Shown: piece after piece, positions 53,963 through 64,000 of the stretch
Position numbering within the stretch: the first letter of the stretch is position 1
How the letters are laid out: each line of letters begins with the position of its first letter
Source: the human T2T-CHM13v2.0 reference genome, Homo sapiens
Strand: one strand, 5' to 3'
Assembly: GCF_009914755.1 (NCBI RefSeq)
Contig: NC_060939.1
DNA: 64,000 nucleotides
Notes under the pieces: model-generated
Database searches by the model: none
The model's input: only the letters and a program-made list of their open reading frames with translations
What the model was told of the DNA's origin: nothing
Program-made: the position numbers and the translations under genes

Positions 53963-54309
53963 GCTGCGGGGACGCGGGCGCTGGAATGGGCACGCTGGGC
54001 TGCTCAGACCCCGCGGGGTTCTGGCGCCTTCTCCTCTGGGACCGGAATAAATCAGGCGGCTCAGCACCTCCCACTGGCCGTGCGCTCCGCCCAAGCTGGC
54101 CAGAGGCGGACTGGGGGCGGGGCTCCGCGGCTGGGAGGGAATTGGTTGAAAGGAATTGGGGGGCGCGGGGGTGGTCCGCGATATCTGCCTCTTCCGCCAC
54201 TGCCACACCGGCGTCCCGCGTCGTGCCAACGGCCGGGTCACGAGTCTTGAGTCTGTTGGGCGGGAAAAGTTCAGGAGTTTTGTTTTTAAGATTTTTAGAC
54301 TTGAAAAGA

Positions 54310-54634
54310 TGCTAACTCTTTATTCATAATCAGATAGATGCAAATTAAAACTACAATGAGCATCGTGTTTCCCTTCTCGGATCGGCAAGTATCAAGATGT
54401 TAACAAGGTTAGTGGAGGCTGTGGGGAACAGGTCCAAGCATGCTTCGCTGAAGACAGTATAAATTAGTTCAACTTCCCTAGAGGGCTATTTGGTAACACC
54501 TATCAAAACGACAAATGCTGACACCTTAAGACCTAGCATTTCCACATAGAGAGATTCATTCTACAGAAACTCCCATGTGCAAAATGACAGATATACAAAG
54601 ATAGCATAGCAACATTGTCTGAAATGGTAAAATA

Positions 54635-54636
<2 letters not shown>
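54310..54636 (+). mobile_element. Old L1 (L1M) fragment
   Basis: atgcaaattaaaactacaatgag...cctagcatttccac, an L1 ORF2 3' signature. Confidence 0.7.

Positions 54637-54686
<50 letters not shown>
54637..54686 (+). repeat. Uninterrupted A50
   Basis: Direct count. Confidence 0.95.
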
Positions 54687-54687
<1 letters not shown>

Positions 54688-54689
<2 letters not shown>

Positions 54690-54830
54690 GCGAAGGTTTC
54701 TGTAAAGGGCCTAATAGAAAATGTTCTCTGATATGTAGGCCCTGAGTCTCTGTAGCAGCTATTCATCTCTGCCTTTGTTGCAAGAAAGGCACCATAGACA
54801 AAATGCGAGGAAATGGGCACCTGTTTGCCG
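54688..54830. mobile_element. MER58-like remnant
   Basis: tttctgtaaagggcc...gtctctgtagcagcta...ccatagaca; resembles recalled MER58A. Confidence 0.6.
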
Positions 54831-54943
54831 AAAGGGAATAAAACAAAGCAAGCCTGTCACCGTTGACTTTTTACTAAATGATTTGTACTTATCATGTGCA
54901 AATATTACCTGTTTACAAATAAGTGATTTTAATAATAGTGTTT

Positions 54944-56000
<1,057 letters not shown>

Positions 56001-56029
56001 CATATATATATATATGGGGAAAAGACATA

Positions 56030-58335
<2,306 letters not shown>

Positions 58336-58819
58336 AGTCTTCTAATTAGAATTTACTGTTCCCAGCCTGTCTCTCTTAAATTTGCAGTCTCTCCTATAGT
58401 TCTTATCAAACTTTGCCTCATATTGGAATGATGGTCGCAATACCTGTCACTCGATTGTAAGTCCTGGTATATGGAATAATGTCATATGTATTCTTGTCAC
58501 CCTAGCCCAGCACCTTTTATGTAGAAAGAGATCCATCAGCAGTGTTACTTTCAGTCGCCTCCCTGTGACCAAGCCTTCTCCCAGAGAAGGAAGCTGCCCT
58601 GCTCAGGGACATATGACCCATCCCCAAACCACAGGCTCCCTCATGGTCTTCAGGGTTGAGCCAAGAAGGCTCACCAGTCACCCTCTGGGGTTAAATTAAT
58701 GATACATACATAGTAAACAAATAAAAACACTGGTAAAGCCAGGTGCGATGGCTCACGCCTGTAATCCCAGCACTTTGGGAAGGTAAAACACCATCTCAAA
58801 AAACAAACAAACAAAAAAT

Positions 58820-59425
<606 letters not shown>

Positions 59426-60033
59426 ATACAACACTTCAGAAATCCATCTCAGATGGCAGGTAGAGAATGCTGCGAGCATAGCACCCTTACCAGTTAATGC
59501 CACTTACTCTTGCAGAACGGAACTTCCTAATCGCCCTCACTGGCTTTCTGCCACCCACGTGAAACAACTGCACAGTTACCCAATTAAGACACATTTAATC
59601 ATTGAGTCATTCAAGAAACATGCATTGAGCACTGACTGTGGTTAGCTTTATGACTGGAAACCTCAGCTGCAGACTAGCCTCACTTGGGAAGATTCTTCAA
59701 ACACAGATGACCAGGCTCCACCCAGAGGAATCAAATCAGAATCACTGAGGTGGGGCCTGGGCATCAGTGTTTTTTAAGTTCCTCAGATGAGGCTAATGTA
59801 CAACTAGGATGAGAACTACTGGATAAACCCACTGTGAGAAGAAACGAAAGACCTAGGTTTGGGGACCAGGAGTTTACAAGGGGGTTTAACAGGGGAGGGG
59901 AGGCATGGAGAGGAAGGGGATTTTCCTCTATGATTTTATCTTTATAGAGTTCAGTGGGATGGCATCTCCTTGGCTTGAACATTTTTCTTATCCAGTACGA
60001 GAGCATCATAGCATTATAGGATTTGGTTAGATT

Positions 60034-60772
<739 letters not shown>

Positions 60773-60993
60773 TCACTCTTTAGCTAGTCCCCGCTACCGC
60801 CCCCAACACACACACGCACAGAACATATTCTGTTTTCCAGAGACTTAACAAAAATCAATTAAACTGATAAAACTTAGTCAATGAATGGGGCTATGGGGAA
60901 AATAAATACATTTATGCCTAATTGACGGAACTATAAGTTGGTTCAGTGTTTCTGGATCACAGTCTGTAACAAAAGCTACAAAACTCGACCAGG

Positions 60994-61935
60994 TGAAACC
61001 GCCTTTGCAAAATTATGACTCAGACAGTGAAAGAGATCTAACTTAACTGACTCCATCTTGCTTCTTCTAACCTCCAAGCTGTCCTTGTTCATCCCTGTGC
61101 GTAGGCGGAACTAACTTTGGGAGAAACGTAGTTTATAGTTTAAACAAAGACAGTAACAGCACTTTCCCAAAGCAGACCTCATTCTTGTCTGGGGACTAGA
61201 TCGCCTTTTTAGGACTAAGATTAGCCACAATATTAGAAATTATGGTTTAGGAGTCATGCAGTTGGAGGCTACAAGATTCTGACCCTCCCTAAACTGCTCC
61301 CAAGATCAGTGCTTGAGATACTTTGCAGATCCTGCACTGGATGTGATCAGCTGGCACCACCCAGGTCAATAAACTCGCTCATCCGATCCTGTGGCCCCCA
61401 CCCAGGAACTGACTCAGCACAAGAAGCAGCTGCAACTCCCTATGATTTCATCCCTGGCCAATCAGCACTCCTGGCTCACTGGCTTCCCCCCACCCACCAA
61501 GTTATCCTTAAAAACTCTGCCCCCTGATCCAGGCATGGTGGCTCACACCTGTAATCCCAGCACTTTGGGAGGCCGAGGCAGGCAGATCACGAGGTCAGGA
61601 GATCGAGACCATCCTCGCCAGCGTAGTGAAACCCTGTCTCTACTAAAAATACAAAAAAAAAAAAAAAAAAATTAGCTGGGCACTGTGGCATGTGCCTGTA
61701 ATCCCAGCTACACGGGAGGCTGAAGCAGGAGAATAGCTTGAACCAGGGAGTCAGAGGTTTCAGTGAGCCAAGATCGCACCACAGCACTCCAGCCTGGTGA
61801 CAGAGCAAGGCTCCGTCTCAAAAAAAAAAAAAAAAAAAAAAACACCTCTGCTCCCTGAATGCTCAGGGAGACTGATTTGAGTCATACTAAAACTCCGCTC
61901 TCCTGCACAGCCAGCTCTGCATGAATTACTCATTC
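60994..61935 (+). mobile_element. LTR8-type ERV1 LTR, interrupted by an Alu (61528-61842); 3' end apparently deleted
   Basis: Begins TGAAACCGCCTTTGCAAAATTATGACT..GACAGTGAAAGAGATCTAAC, matching the recalled LTR8 5' end. Confidence 0.8.

Positions 61936-64000
<2,065 letters not shown>

Overview
This is primate, almost certainly human, genomic DNA from the ACAN-HAPLN3-MFGE8 locus (15q26.1, recognised from the proteins). The + strand carries the 3' end of aggrecan (ACAN): the end of the CS exon, EGF1, EGF2, three C-type lectin exons, the CCP/sushi exon, the tail exon and the 3'UTR. The - strand carries complete HAPLN3 (4 coding exons, 1083 nt, 360 aa) and complete MFGE8/lactadherin (8 exons, 1164 nt, 387 aa). 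All exon boundaries were read by hand and sum to intact frames. The rest is more than 30 Alus, MIR/L2/MER5/MLT1/L1 remnants, an LTR8-type ERV at the right end, simple repeats and two CpG islands. I see no wholly new gene system. The best leads are: (1) two apparent fossil exons in MFGE8 introns, for the lost first EGF domain and the lost Pro/Thr-rich domain; (2) a MIR-derived HAPLN3 cassette exon that adds 62 aa and can join MFGE8 to HAPLN3 in frame; (3) a ~390-nt UG/UGAAUG tract with an adjacent cryptic in-frame exon inside the medin-coding interval; (4) an IRF1-type GAS element at HAPLN3 exon 1; (5) an intronic Kozak ATG plus poly-Ala in frame with the ACAN G3 exons. Repeat family names and cross-species comparisons come from recalled consensus and protein sequences, not from a search.
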